64,000 bases of DNA from Acidimicrobiia bacterium (GTDB lineage: Bacteria; Actinomycetota; Acidimicrobiia; Spongiisociales; ZC4RG35): contig JBEVJN010000050.1 of assembly GCA_040510135.1 (NCBI GenBank), forward strand, positions 33,461-97,460. The letters are read 5' to 3'. Every line of letters starts with the position of its first letter. The stretch's first letter is position 1. Below are positions 1 through 9,496 of this stretch, piece by piece. The translations under genes were made by a program, and so were the position numbers. Below the pieces are notes generated by a model. That model did no database searches, was not told the DNA's origin, and saw nothing but the letters and a program-made list of their open reading frames with translations.

Positions 1-1691
1 CTGCCTTGCTCGGGGACGAGGACAACGGACACTGGCGCCTGGCCCCGGCGGGAGGACCGACCCGGGTCCGAAGGCAATACCGCCCCGGAACTCTCGTCCT
101 GGAAACCGAGATGGATGGAGCGGGCGGAACGGTCCGAATCATCGACGTGATGCCGATCAGGGGGCGCGACGGTGGCGACAACGCCGACGTCGTTCGGATC
201 GTGGAAGGGGTCGCCGGCCGGGTGGAGATGAGGATGGACCTCACCATCCGCTTCGACTACGGCCATCTCGTTCCCTGGGTGACACGCCCGGGAGCAAGGC
301 TGGGAGCGGTCGGGGGCCCGGACGCTTTGACCCTGGCAACCCCTGTCGACTTCCATGGCGAAAATCTGAGCACAGTTGCCGAGTTCACCGTGTCGAGAAG
401 CGATCGAGTTCCTTTCGTGCTCACCTGGCATCCGTCACATCGCCCGGCCCCCAAGGGAGTCGAGGCTGAAGAGGCACTCGAGGAGACCGAGAAGTGGTGG
501 CGACAGTGGACCGACGCGAACACTTACGAGGGTGAATGGCAAGAGGCCGTCGATCGTTCATTGATCACCCTCAAGGCTCTCACCTACGGCCCGACCGGTG
601 GCATCGTCGCCGCCCCGACGACCTCCCTCCCCGAAGTGATCGGCGGCGTCCGCAACTGGGACTACCGGTTCGTCTGGTTGCGTGACGCCACCTTCACCCT
701 CGAGACGCTGCTCATGGCGGGCCATCGACGTGAGGCCGTCGCGTGGCGGGATTGGCTGCTCCGGGCGGTCGGGGGCGATCCCGAGGACCTCCAGATCATG
801 TACGGGGTGGCCGGCGAGCGCCGCCTCCCGGAGCTGGAGCTCGGCTGGCTGGCCGGATATGAGGGCTCCCGTCCGGTCCGCGTCGGGAACGCGGCCCATC
901 AGCAGAGCCAGGTGGACATCTATGGAGAGCTGATGGACGCTATCTACACGGCTCGTCGCCTGGGGATGGATCACGAGGAGACGATCTGGGACCTCCAGCA
1001 GCTCCTCCTGGAGAACCTGGAAGGAAAATGGGCCGAGCCCGATCATGGTTTGTGGGAGGTGCGTGGCGATCCACGACTCTTCACTCACTCCAGGCTGATG
1101 ACCTGGGTCGCCTTCGATAGGGCGGTGAAATGCGTCGAGCAATGGGCGTTCGATGGGCCGGTTGATCGTTGGCGGGAGCTTCGAGCCGAGATACGGGCCG
1201 AGATCGAGCAACACGGTTACGACCCCGAGCGCAAGACATTCACCCAGTATTTCGGGTCGAAGGCGCTGGACGCAGCTCTCCTCCTCATCCCACAGGTCGG
1301 TTTCCTCCCTCCCACGGACGAGCGTGTCCTGGGCACCATCGACGCCATCGAGCGCGAGCTGTCGATCGACGCCAATCTGATTCGCCGGTATGACCCGGAT
1401 GAGTCCGACGACGGGTTGCCGGGGAGCGAGGGCGCCTTTCTCCTCTGCTCGTTCTGGATGGTCGACGCCCTGGCCATGGCAGGCCGATGGGACGAGGCCA
1501 GACGCCGCTTCGAGCACCTGCTTGGTCTACGCAACGACGTGGGCCTCCTCTCTGAGGAGTACGATCCGGTGTCGCATCGGATGCTGGGCAACTTCCCGCA
1601 AGCATTCAGCCATCTCGGCTTGATCGACTCCGCCTACAACCTGCAAGCCGAGGGGAGGAGCCCGGCTCGGGATAGGGCTTCCGATTCGTGA
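1..1691 (+). CDS. Glycoside hydrolase family 15 (glucoamylase/trehalase-like); 5' end probably outside the window
   Basis: ORF 6..1691 stays open to the window edge. It carries GH15 catalytic-domain motifs NWDYRFVWLRDATF, EGAFLLCSFWMVDAL and FPQAFSHLGLI. Confidence 0.85.
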   Translation, partial: ALLGDEDNGHWRLAPAGGPTRVRRQYRPGTLVLETEMDGAGGTVRIIDVMPIRGRDGGDNADVVRIVEGVAGRVEMRMDLTIRFDYGHLVPWVTRPGARLGAVGGPDALTLATPVDFHGENLSTVAEFTVSRSDRVPFVLTWHPSHRPAPKGVEAEEALEETEKWWRQWTDANTYEGEWQEAVDRSLITLKALTYGPTGGIVAAPTTSLPEVIGGVRNWDYRFVWLRDATFTLETLLMAGHRREAVAWRDWLLRAVGGDPEDLQIMYGVAGERRLPELELGWLAGYEGSRPVRVGNAAHQQSQVDIYGELMDAIYTARRLGMDHEETIWDLQQLLLENLEGKWAEPDHGLWEVRGDPRLFTHSRLMTWVAFDRAVKCVEQWAFDGPVDRWRELRAEIRAEIEQHGYDPERKTFTQYFGSKALDAALLLIPQVGFLPPTDERVLGTIDAIERELSIDANLIRRYDPDESDDGLPGSEGAFLLCSFWMVDALAMAGRWDEARRRFEHLLGLRNDVGLLSEEYDPVSHRMLGNFPQAFSHLGLIDSAYNLQAEGRSPARDRASDS

Positions 1692-2740
1692 AGACGGTGA
1701 CCGTGATCCCGGGGGATCCTGAATCGCTGCGACTCGAAGAGACGCCAGAACCGAAGCCCGATCGCGATGAATTGGTCGTCGCGATGCTGATGGCGGGGGT
1801 GTGCGGCACCGACCATGAGATCCTGGAAGGGGATCTCGGCTACCCACCGCCAGGTCGAGAACGGCTGATCTTGGGTCACGAAGCCCTCGGGCAGGTGTTG
1901 ACCGCGCCAGAAGGAAGCGACTTCTCACCCGGCGACCTGGTCGCTCCAATCGTGCGGCGGCCCGACCCTGTTCCATGCTCCAACTGCGCCGCGGGGGAGT
2001 GGGACATGTGCCGGAACGGCCGATTCACCGAGGCTGGTATTCGGGGGCTGGACGGCTATGCCGTCGAAATGCTGGCACTCCCCGTCGATTTCGCAGTGAA
2101 GGTGGGCGCCCACCCGGGGCTTCTTGGTGTCCTGGTGGAACCGGCCAGCGTGGTGGCCAAGGCCTGGGAGCATTTGAGCTTGATCGGGAGCCGGGCGCAG
2201 TGGGCAGCCAACCGGGTGCTTGTGACCGGGGCGGGCCCGATCGGGCTTCTCGCCGCTCTTTTTGCCACGCGGGTCGCCCACGAAGTCCATGTCTTCGACC
2301 GGGCCGACGACGGGCCCAAGCCGGGTCTGGTAGATGATCTCGGCGCCGTCTATCACAACGAATCACTGGACCTGATCGAGGAACGTTTCGACGTCGTGAT
2401 GGAATGCACTGGGGATGCCGATCTGATGATGGCCGTGGCCGGAGTGACCAACCCCAACGGGATCATATGCCTCACCGGAGTCGCCGACGAGGGACAGGAG
2501 GTGAGAGTCAGCAGCGATTTGGCCCGGGGCCTGGTCCTGGAGAACAGGACCGTCTTCGGGACGGTGAACGCCAACCGCCGGCACTATGAAGAGGCTGTCA
2601 GGGTGTTGGCTGAGGCGAACCAGTCCTGGCTGGGGAGGTTGGTCAATCGACAGGTATCGCTGGGCCGATTCGCCGAGGCGTATGTCCGGGAGCCCGACGA
2701 CGTGAAGACCGTCATCCAGTTCCCCGATGCCGCGTCGTAA
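1688..2740 (+). CDS. Zn-dependent MDR-family dehydrogenase, glucose 1-dehydrogenase-like
   Basis: GVCGTDHE zinc-ligand motif and LVTGAGPIGLL Rossmann motif. The GTG start overlaps the GH15 stop (GTGA). Confidence 0.8.
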   Translation: MKTVTVIPGDPESLRLEETPEPKPDRDELVVAMLMAGVCGTDHEILEGDLGYPPPGRERLILGHEALGQVLTAPEGSDFSPGDLVAPIVRRPDPVPCSNCAAGEWDMCRNGRFTEAGIRGLDGYAVEMLALPVDFAVKVGAHPGLLGVLVEPASVVAKAWEHLSLIGSRAQWAANRVLVTGAGPIGLLAALFATRVAHEVHVFDRADDGPKPGLVDDLGAVYHNESLDLIEERFDVVMECTGDADLMMAVAGVTNPNGIICLTGVADEGQEVRVSSDLARGLVLENRTVFGTVNANRRHYEEAVRVLAEANQSWLGRLVNRQVSLGRFAEAYVREPDDVKTVIQFPDAAS

Positions 2741-3365
2741 CCGTATCGACCCGTGGGGAGACCTGCATGCCGTCACTGGGCGGGGTCTATTCACCGGGAA
2801 CCGCGGCTGTCTGGTCGACGAGGGGGGTCGGACGGTCCGTCATCATCGTGGCACGCTCTGGATCACCTGCCTCCTCGAATACCAGGGGTGGAAGCACCCA
2901 CTCGACCAGCCACGAACGTGGACACCGATCTTCTTTCTCGACGACGCGGTCGCACTGGCCGCGGGACACCGTCCCTGTGGCCTGTGCCGAAGACGGGCCT
3001 ACCTCGACTACCGGGATGCCGTGTCGCGGGCCGAGGGATCGTCTCGTCGGCCCGGTGCGGGCGACCTGAACCGGCGGCTGGAACGGGAACGGCTCCGACG
3101 CGGTCGGGGATTGGAACGGGCAGGTGACCGAATCGTCTGGGTGGCACGGATCGAGTCACTTCCCAACGGGACGGTCATCGTGGGCACGAGACGAGCTCCC
3201 CTGCTGGTCGTCGAGGACCGGCTGATGTCATACAGCTTCGGCGGCTGGGCGGATTCCTCGGCTCGGCCCCGCCAAGGCTCGGTGGAGGTCATCACCCCAC
3301 CGACGTCTGTGGCAGCCATGCGCCATGGCTTCGAGCCCGTGTTGCATCCGTCGGCGAACCGCTAA
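2727..3365 (+). CDS. Hypothetical protein
   Basis: 212-aa ORF in a gap between supported genes. It has a structured-looking N-terminal half (DPWGDLHAV, WITCLLEYQGW, CGLCRR). I recognise no family. Confidence 0.5.
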   Translation: MPRRNRIDPWGDLHAVTGRGLFTGNRGCLVDEGGRTVRHHRGTLWITCLLEYQGWKHPLDQPRTWTPIFFLDDAVALAAGHRPCGLCRRRAYLDYRDAVSRAEGSSRRPGAGDLNRRLERERLRRGRGLERAGDRIVWVARIESLPNGTVIVGTRRAPLLVVEDRLMSYSFGGWADSSARPRQGSVEVITPPTSVAAMRHGFEPVLHPSANR

Positions 3366-3380
3366 ACAATTGCTCCTGCC

Positions 3381-3845
3381 ATGGAGGGACAGCAGTTCGA
3401 CGCGGTGGTGACGACCGACGAGAGGCAGCGGGTCATGGTCCCGCTGCCCTTCGATCCCGACCGAGTCTGGGGACCCAAGAACGAGCACCGGGTCCACGGG
3501 ACGGTCAATGGCATGGGAGTGCGGGCGGTCGTCGAATCACTCGGCGACGGGCACGGAATTCTCCTTGGACCAGCCTGGCGGCGTCAGTGCGGCATCGAGC
3601 CTGGGGACGAGGTCGATGTTGCACTTGCCCCCGAGGGGCCACAGCGGGTCGACCTGGCCCCCGACTTCGCCGCCGCGCTCGAGGCCGAGCCCGATGCCGG
3701 TGCCTTCTTCGACTCGCTCGCCCAGTTCTATCGCAACGCTTACCTGCGTTGGATCGACTCCACCAAGCGGAGCCCGGAGTTGAGGGCGGCTCGCATCGTC
3801 GAGACCGTGGAACTGCTGAAGGCCGGAGTCAAGCAAGGGTCCTGA
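3381..3845 (+). CDS. DUF1905 / YdeI (OmpD-associated) family protein
   Basis: N-terminal DUF1905-like beta region (VMVPLPFDPDRVWG, VHGTVNG) and a C-terminal YdeI-like helix (FFDSLAQFYRNAYLRWIDSTKRSPELRAARI). Confidence 0.7.
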   Translation: MEGQQFDAVVTTDERQRVMVPLPFDPDRVWGPKNEHRVHGTVNGMGVRAVVESLGDGHGILLGPAWRRQCGIEPGDEVDVALAPEGPQRVDLAPDFAAALEAEPDAGAFFDSLAQFYRNAYLRWIDSTKRSPELRAARIVETVELLKAGVKQGS

Positions 3846-3910
3846 GCAACTCCGGCCTTCCTAAATTCGCCCCGAGAAACGAGTGATGGTCGATACCGTC
3901 TGACGTACCG

Positions 3911-5653
3911 ATGACTGCCACGTCTCCGTCCTATCGCGCCACGCTCTCGACCTATCTCCGGCCGCACCGGGGCCGGGTTGTCGTGCTCATGCTGCTCCTC
4001 TTGGGGTCGATCGGCCTGCAGCTGGTCATCCCCCTGATTCTTCGCGATTTCATCGACTCTGCCATGGGCGGAGCGGCCGCCGCCAGCCTCACCACAGCAG
4101 GAATCGCCTACCTGGTTGCCGGGATCCTCAACCAACTACTTGATGCCGGCGCCTCCTACCTCGGAACAGACATCGGCTGGAGCGCCACCAACCGGCTGCG
4201 TGAGGAATTGACCTCTCATCTGTTCTCCCTCGACATGGGGTTCCACAACGACACGACCCCGGGCGAGATGATCGAACGCGTCGACGGCGACGTGACCGCA
4301 ATCTCTGAGTTCATCTCGCGCTTCCTGGTCAGGTTGATCGCGGCAGGAGTCCTGCTCACGGGTGTGGTGATCGTCTGCTGGTTCGAATCGCCGGCGATGG
4401 GGCTGACCATCACGCTCTACGTCGTTGCGGTCGTCGCCTTCCTGATCCGTCTCCGCAAGGTGGCGGTTGCCGCCGCAGAGGAGGAACGAGAAACATCGGC
4501 CCATCTCTACGGATTCATCGAGGAGCGGCTGGCGGGGGTCGATGACATCCGCTCGCTTGGGGCCGGCCGGTTCACCATGACCCGCTTCATACCGGTGATG
4601 CGGGACTTCTACACACGAACTACTAACGCATGGCGGAAGCGAATCGTGGTCTGGGTGTCGGCCAACACGGCTTTCTGGGCCGGGGATGCCCTCGCCCTGA
4701 TCGTCGGCGTGTGGCTCACAGTGCGCGGGTCGATAACGGTGGGGACCGCCTTCCTCATCCTCCAATACGTCCAACTCGTGCGCCGACCAGTCGAGCAGAT
4801 GACGCAGGAGCTCCAGGAGCTGCAGAAGGCGGCAGGTGGGATCGTCCGAATCGATCAGCTTCGCCATCTCGGCACTTCGATCACCGATGGTGCCGACGAT
4901 CTGCCCGCCGGACCCCTGGCGATCGAGTTCGACAACGTTTCCTTCTCCTACGAGGACCGGGGCGTGCTCGATGGGGTCAGCTTCACACTCGCTGCCGGCA
5001 AATCACTCGGCCTGCTGGGCCGGACCGGCGGCGGCAAGACCACCCTCACTCGTCTCATTGCCCGGCTCTACGACCCCGATCGGGGCATGGTGCGGCTAGG
5101 AGGCCACGACCTGCGGAATCTCCGCCCGGAGTCACTCCGTAGGTCGGTTGGCGTCGTCACACAGGACGTACAGCTCTTCGAGGCAACAGTCAGGGACAAC
5201 CTCACTTTCTTCGCCGAGCGCCCAGACGAGGCGATCCTGTCCGTTCTGGAGAGAGTGGGTCTCGGTCAGTGGATTGGGCAGCTCGGGCTGGACACCAGGC
5301 TGGGGGCGGGTGGTCAGGGGCTATCGGCCGGTGAGCAACAACTCCTCGCCTTCGCCCGTGTCTTCCTCCAGGACCCTGGAGTCGTGATCCTCGACGAGCC
5401 CTCCTCGCGCCTCGACCCGGTCACCGAGATGCTGCTCGCCACCGCGACCGAGAGGCTCTACGCGGGGCGGACCGTCGTGATCATCGCCCATCGTCTCGAG
5501 ACCGTGCGCACCGCGGACGAGATCATGGTCGTTGATGCCGGCCGAATCGTCGAGCATGGGCCTCGGCAGGCACTGGCCGCCGACCCGACCACCCGGTACG
5601 CGGCACTTCTGGCCGCCGGGCGAGGGGACCTGCTGGGAGACACGCGCCCATGA
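3911..5653 (+). CDS. ABC exporter, fused TMD-NBD half-transporter (subunit 1 of a heterodimer)
   Basis: Six-helix TMD followed by an NBD. Walker A is GRTGGGKTT, the signature is non-canonical (LSAGEQQ), and Walker B VVILDEPSS has the catalytic Glu. Confidence 0.92.
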   Translation: MTATSPSYRATLSTYLRPHRGRVVVLMLLLLGSIGLQLVIPLILRDFIDSAMGGAAAASLTTAGIAYLVAGILNQLLDAGASYLGTDIGWSATNRLREELTSHLFSLDMGFHNDTTPGEMIERVDGDVTAISEFISRFLVRLIAAGVLLTGVVIVCWFESPAMGLTITLYVVAVVAFLIRLRKVAVAAAEEERETSAHLYGFIEERLAGVDDIRSLGAGRFTMTRFIPVMRDFYTRTTNAWRKRIVVWVSANTAFWAGDALALIVGVWLTVRGSITVGTAFLILQYVQLVRRPVEQMTQELQELQKAAGGIVRIDQLRHLGTSITDGADDLPAGPLAIEFDNVSFSYEDRGVLDGVSFTLAAGKSLGLLGRTGGGKTTLTRLIARLYDPDRGMVRLGGHDLRNLRPESLRRSVGVVTQDVQLFEATVRDNLTFFAERPDEAILSVLERVGLGQWIGQLGLDTRLGAGGQGLSAGEQQLLAFARVFLQDPGVVILDEPSSRLDPVTEMLLATATERLYAGRTVVIIAHRLETVRTADEIMVVDAGRIVEHGPRQALAADPTTRYAALLAAGRGDLLGDTRP

Positions 5654-7407
5654 GCACTCTTCGCCTCGTGTGGGAGGTGATCCGCTATCGGCCAGGCAGA
5701 TGGTTCTTCTGCTTCGTCATGTGGACCTTCGTGCACGGATTGCCGCTGCTATTCGGGATCCTGATCGGTCTCGTCTTCGACAGGCTGGCCGCAGGAAGCC
5801 CCGTGGACGAGACTGCTTGGGCGCCCGCCATCGCTTTCGCGGTGCTCGCCATCGGCCGCAACCTCATCATTTGGCTTGGGGACAGGCAATGGATCAACCA
5901 CTGGATCGAGCAGTCACTTCAGCTGCGACGCAACCTGCTCCGCTGGCTGATGGAGGCTCCCGGCTCCCGGGTCATCCCGCTAGCTCCCGGACAGGCGGTG
6001 AGCACTTTCCGCGACGACGTCGATGACGTCCTCGAGTACATGGAGAACTGGGTGGACATGGGAGGCTTGGTCGTATTCGGTGTCGGAGCCGTGGCGGTGA
6101 TGGCATCCATCGATGCCGGCCTCACGGCGATCCTCCTCATCCCGCTCGTCTTGACCATGGTGCTGACCCAAGCGCTGAGCCCGCAGATCAGGAAGCGGAG
6201 GCGGTTGATGCGGGCGGCGACCGATCAGGTCACCGGGTTCATCGGGGAGACCTTCTCCGGTGTCCAGGCGATCAAGCTGGCCGCAGCGGAGCAGCCCGTG
6301 CTGGACCGTCTCCATCGGCTCAATGAGACCCGTCACAAGACGGCACTCTCCGACACCGTGCTCACCGAGATCCTGCGTGGGATCAACCGCAACATGTCGA
6401 CTATCACCGTCGCCATCGTGCTCCTTGTTGCCGCCGACTCGATCAGCGATGGGAGCTTCGGCATCGGGGACCTGGCGCTGTTTCTCACCTATCTGCCCAG
6501 GCTCACCGACTACATGGCATTCGTCGGCGACATCATCGCCCAGCACCGCCGAACCGGGGTTGCCTACGAGCGAATCCGAGCCCTGGCCGTCGATGCCCCC
6601 GACGATGAGCTGCTCGACCGGGACCGGGTGTCACTCGAAGGCGAGATCCCCGACATCGAGCTGCCCGACATCGGCATCGACCCGCTGCAACGGCTCGAGG
6701 TGCGCGGGCTCAGTCATTGGTTCCCGGACGGTGGCGAGGGTCTCGAAGGCGTCGATTTCGCAGTGGACCGTGGCTCCTTCACGGTGGTGACCGGGAAGAT
6801 CGGCTCGGGCAAGAGCACACTGGTTCGCGCCCTTCTCGGGTTGGTCCCCGCCGACGGCGACGTGTTGTGGAACGGCAAGCCAGTGCAGGATCGGGCGTCG
6901 TTCTTCGTACCGCCGCGTTCCGCCTACACCGCGCAGGTACCCCGGCTCTTCTCCGAGTCTCTCGCCGACAACATCGCCCTCGGGCAGAGAGTGGCCCGGG
7001 AGCGTCTGCGTGAGGCGGTGCAACTCGCCGTGCTCGATCCCGATCTGGAAAGGCTGGAGATGGGTGAGCAGACCCTGGTCGGGGCAAGGGGGGTCAAATT
7101 GTCGGGGGGACAGGTGCAACGATCGGCGGCGGCCCGGATGCTGGCCACCGACGCCGAGTTGCTCGTCTTCGACGATCTCTCCTCGGCTCTCGACGTCCAC
7201 ACCGAGACCGAGTTGTGGCGTCGTCTCCTCACCCAGCGCGATGTGACATGTCTCGTCGTCTCCCATCGCCGCGCCGCCCTCTCGCGGGCCGACCAGATCC
7301 TGCTCATGGACGGGGGAAAGGTCGTAGATCGGGGGGCCCTGCGCGACCTTCTCCAGCGATCGGCGCTGATGCGCTCACTATGGGCGGAAGAGGAGGAGGC
7401 GGCTTGA
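5650..7407 (+). CDS. ABC exporter, fused TMD-NBD half-transporter (subunit 2 of a heterodimer)
   Basis: ATGA overlap with the upstream subunit. Walker A is GKIGSGKST, the signature is canonical (LSGGQVQR), and Walker B LLVFDDLSS has Asp where the catalytic Glu is expected. Confidence 0.92.
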   Translation: MSTLRLVWEVIRYRPGRWFFCFVMWTFVHGLPLLFGILIGLVFDRLAAGSPVDETAWAPAIAFAVLAIGRNLIIWLGDRQWINHWIEQSLQLRRNLLRWLMEAPGSRVIPLAPGQAVSTFRDDVDDVLEYMENWVDMGGLVVFGVGAVAVMASIDAGLTAILLIPLVLTMVLTQALSPQIRKRRRLMRAATDQVTGFIGETFSGVQAIKLAAAEQPVLDRLHRLNETRHKTALSDTVLTEILRGINRNMSTITVAIVLLVAADSISDGSFGIGDLALFLTYLPRLTDYMAFVGDIIAQHRRTGVAYERIRALAVDAPDDELLDRDRVSLEGEIPDIELPDIGIDPLQRLEVRGLSHWFPDGGEGLEGVDFAVDRGSFTVVTGKIGSGKSTLVRALLGLVPADGDVLWNGKPVQDRASFFVPPRSAYTAQVPRLFSESLADNIALGQRVARERLREAVQLAVLDPDLERLEMGEQTLVGARGVKLSGGQVQRSAAARMLATDAELLVFDDLSSALDVHTETELWRRLLTQRDVTCLVVSHRRAALSRADQILLMDGGKVVDRGALRDLLQRSALMRSLWAEEEEAA

Positions 7408-7444
7408 TCGTCGGGCTTCCGCCAACGTCGGACAGCCGAACAGG

Positions 7445-8293
7445 TCAGCCGGCGTATGTCCGCACCGGGAGACCGGAGACGCCGGGCACGACGGTGAACA
7501 GAGAACCGGCTAACGGGTCGTCATCGGGCTCGAGATTCTCTCTCGAGGTGGTGATGTAGAGGCGGTCGAGGTCGGCGCCACCAAAGGCGCAGGCGGTCAC
7601 CTGTCTCGCCCCGACCTCCACCACTTCGTCGAGGACGCCCTCGGCGGTGTACCGGCGCACGGCGCTCCCTCCAAACAAGGCCACCCATACCCCGCCCTGC
7701 TCGTCGACGACGAGACCGTCGGGGCCACCGTGCTCGGCCGGGATAGCGACAAAGGTGCGGCGGCCGCTCAGGCCGACGCCGGAGTCGTAGTCGAACACCG
7801 AGACCTGGTGCGTTGGCGTGTCGACGTAGTAGGCCAGAGAGCTGTCAGGGCTCCAGTCGAGGCCGTTTGAGATGGTGACGCCGTCCAGGACGACAGTGAC
7901 CTTCCCATCCGGGTCCAGCCTGTAGAGAGAACCCGCGCCCGTTCGTTTGTCATAGGCCATCGAGCCGCAATAGAAGCGGCCGTCGGGGTCACACCCCCCT
8001 TCATTCATGCGAATGTCGCCGCCGCTCCACAGATCGCCGAGGCGGATGATGGTCCCATCCGGCTCCTCGAGGGCAAAGCCACGCTCGAGGCCCTGAACGG
8101 CACCACCGCCTCGGCGAGGCCTGATGATTGCGGCGATGTCATCGACATGACGCCGTTCGATCGCCCCGTCGGCGCGGAGAGACATGACGTCACCATCGAG
8201 CATGTCCACCCAGCGCAAACCGCCCCATGCCTCCGACCACACTGGGCCTTCGGCGTGATAACAAACGGCTTCGGTGAGTTGCTCGGCCTTCAT
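7445..8293 (-). CDS. SMP-30/gluconolactonase/LRE family protein
   Basis: Six-bladed propeller family motifs (HAEGPVWSE, RMNEGGCDPDGRFYCGSM, NGLDWSPD, PDGLVVDEQGGVW). I place the start at the internal ATG (MKAEQL); the ORF extension up to 8413 looks non-coding. Confidence 0.85.
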   Translation of the reverse strand: MKAEQLTEAVCYHAEGPVWSEAWGGLRWVDMLDGDVMSLRADGAIERRHVDDIAAIIRPRRGGGAVQGLERGFALEEPDGTIIRLGDLWSGGDIRMNEGGCDPDGRFYCGSMAYDKRTGAGSLYRLDPDGKVTVVLDGVTISNGLDWSPDSSLAYYVDTPTHQVSVFDYDSGVGLSGRRTFVAIPAEHGGPDGLVVDEQGGVWVALFGGSAVRRYTAEGVLDEVVEVGARQVTACAFGGADLDRLYITTSRENLEPDDDPLAGSLFTVVPGVSGLPVRTYAG

Positions 8294-8411
8294 CGCTTGT
8301 CGAAACCGGCCATTGGTGCCTCCGAATCCGAGTGTTGGGAAGCTAGCCAGCCGAGAGACCGGCATGCACGCCCTCGTACAGTTGGGCCTTCCCCAACACG
8401 AGGAGCCACCC

Positions 8412-8813
8412 ATGATGGACGAGACCAGCCTGCAGACTGCCCTCGAGCGTCATTGGCAGTACGCGGGCAGGGACGAGGATGTCTCCCACGAGATCTACCA
8501 CGACGACGCAGTCCTCGAGTTTCCGCAGTCAGGTGAGCGCTTCGAGGGTGTCGAGAACTTCCGGGAATGGCGTCGCCAGTATCCGGCGCATCTCGATTTT
8601 CGAATCCGCCGCATCAAGCACGACGGTGACCTGGTGGTGGCCGAGAACCTGATCAGTTACGACGGCGCCCCCTGGATGTTCGCGGTGAACATCCTGGAGT
8701 TCCGCGACGACAAGGTGGAACGGGAGCGGGTCTACATCATGGAGGGCTGGGAGGCGGCCGAATGGCGGGCACCATGGCGCTCCGAGAGGCCCGCCGACCC
8801 ACCGATGAACTGA
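8412..8813 (+). CDS. NTF2-like / SnoaL-like (ketosteroid isomerase-like) protein
   Basis: ATG at 8412 is preceded by AGGAG. Size and pattern (ALERHWQYAGRDEDVSHEIYHDDAVLEFPQSGERF) fit the NTF2-like fold. Confidence 0.7.
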   Translation: MMDETSLQTALERHWQYAGRDEDVSHEIYHDDAVLEFPQSGERFEGVENFREWRRQYPAHLDFRIRRIKHDGDLVVAENLISYDGAPWMFAVNILEFRDDKVERERVYIMEGWEAAEWRAPWRSERPADPPMN

Positions 8814-8830
8814 CCGTCAAGCCACCCAGC

Positions 8831-9463
8831 TCAGCCCAGTCGATCGTCGAGGAAGTCCAGGGTGCGTCCCCAAGCCAGGTCGAAGGCGGCCGGGTGGAAG
8901 GTGTCGCCGTCCGGCTCGGCAAACCCATGGCGGGTGCCTGTGAGCTCAAAGACCTCGACCTCGAGGTTCTCGAGACGCATGGTCGCCTCCATGAAGGCTG
9001 CCTCGTCGTCTGACACGTATTCGTCTTCCTCGGCGAGATGGATCAGGTAGGCCGCGTTGGACCCGGCAAAGTCGATCTGCTGGCTGCCATAGAACGAGAC
9101 CGCGGCGCTGACGAGGTCGGCGAGGCGCACCGATGCCCACAGGGCGAGAGATCCGCCCATCCCGAAACCGACGATCCCGATCGGGCCTTCGGTCGACTTC
9201 TCGTGGAGGAGCTTGGCCGAAGACAGCACGAGGGACGCGAGACGATTGGGGTCTGCTTTGCCTAGATGATCGAGCGCCTCCTGTTCAGAGGCGGGCAACT
9301 CGCCGAAATTGATGTCCGGGGCGAGGACCGTGTATCCGTGATCGGCGAGATCATCACAGAGGCTTTTGACCGAAGGCGTCAGACCCCAGAAGGAGTGGAG
9401 GACCATCACCCCCGGCCCCGGGCCTGAGTCGCCTGAGATGAAGTAGGCGAGGTCGCGCACCAC
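8831..9463 (-). CDS. Dienelactone hydrolase-fold protein, apparently lacking the nucleophile
   Basis: DLH-like layout (VMVLHSFWGL, C-terminal RHGF). The nucleophile elbow reads GFGMGG, with Gly (codon GGG) where Cys or Ser is expected. Confidence 0.75.
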   Translation of the reverse strand: MVRDLAYFISGDSGPGPGVMVLHSFWGLTPSVKSLCDDLADHGYTVLAPDINFGELPASEQEALDHLGKADPNRLASLVLSSAKLLHEKSTEGPIGIVGFGMGGSLALWASVRLADLVSAAVSFYGSQQIDFAGSNAAYLIHLAEEDEYVSDDEAAFMEATMRLENLEVEVFELTGTRHGFAEPDGDTFHPAAFDLAWGRTLDFLDDRLG

Positions 9464-9496
9464 GTCGCGAACCTACCGGCCCTACGCTGGTAGGAG

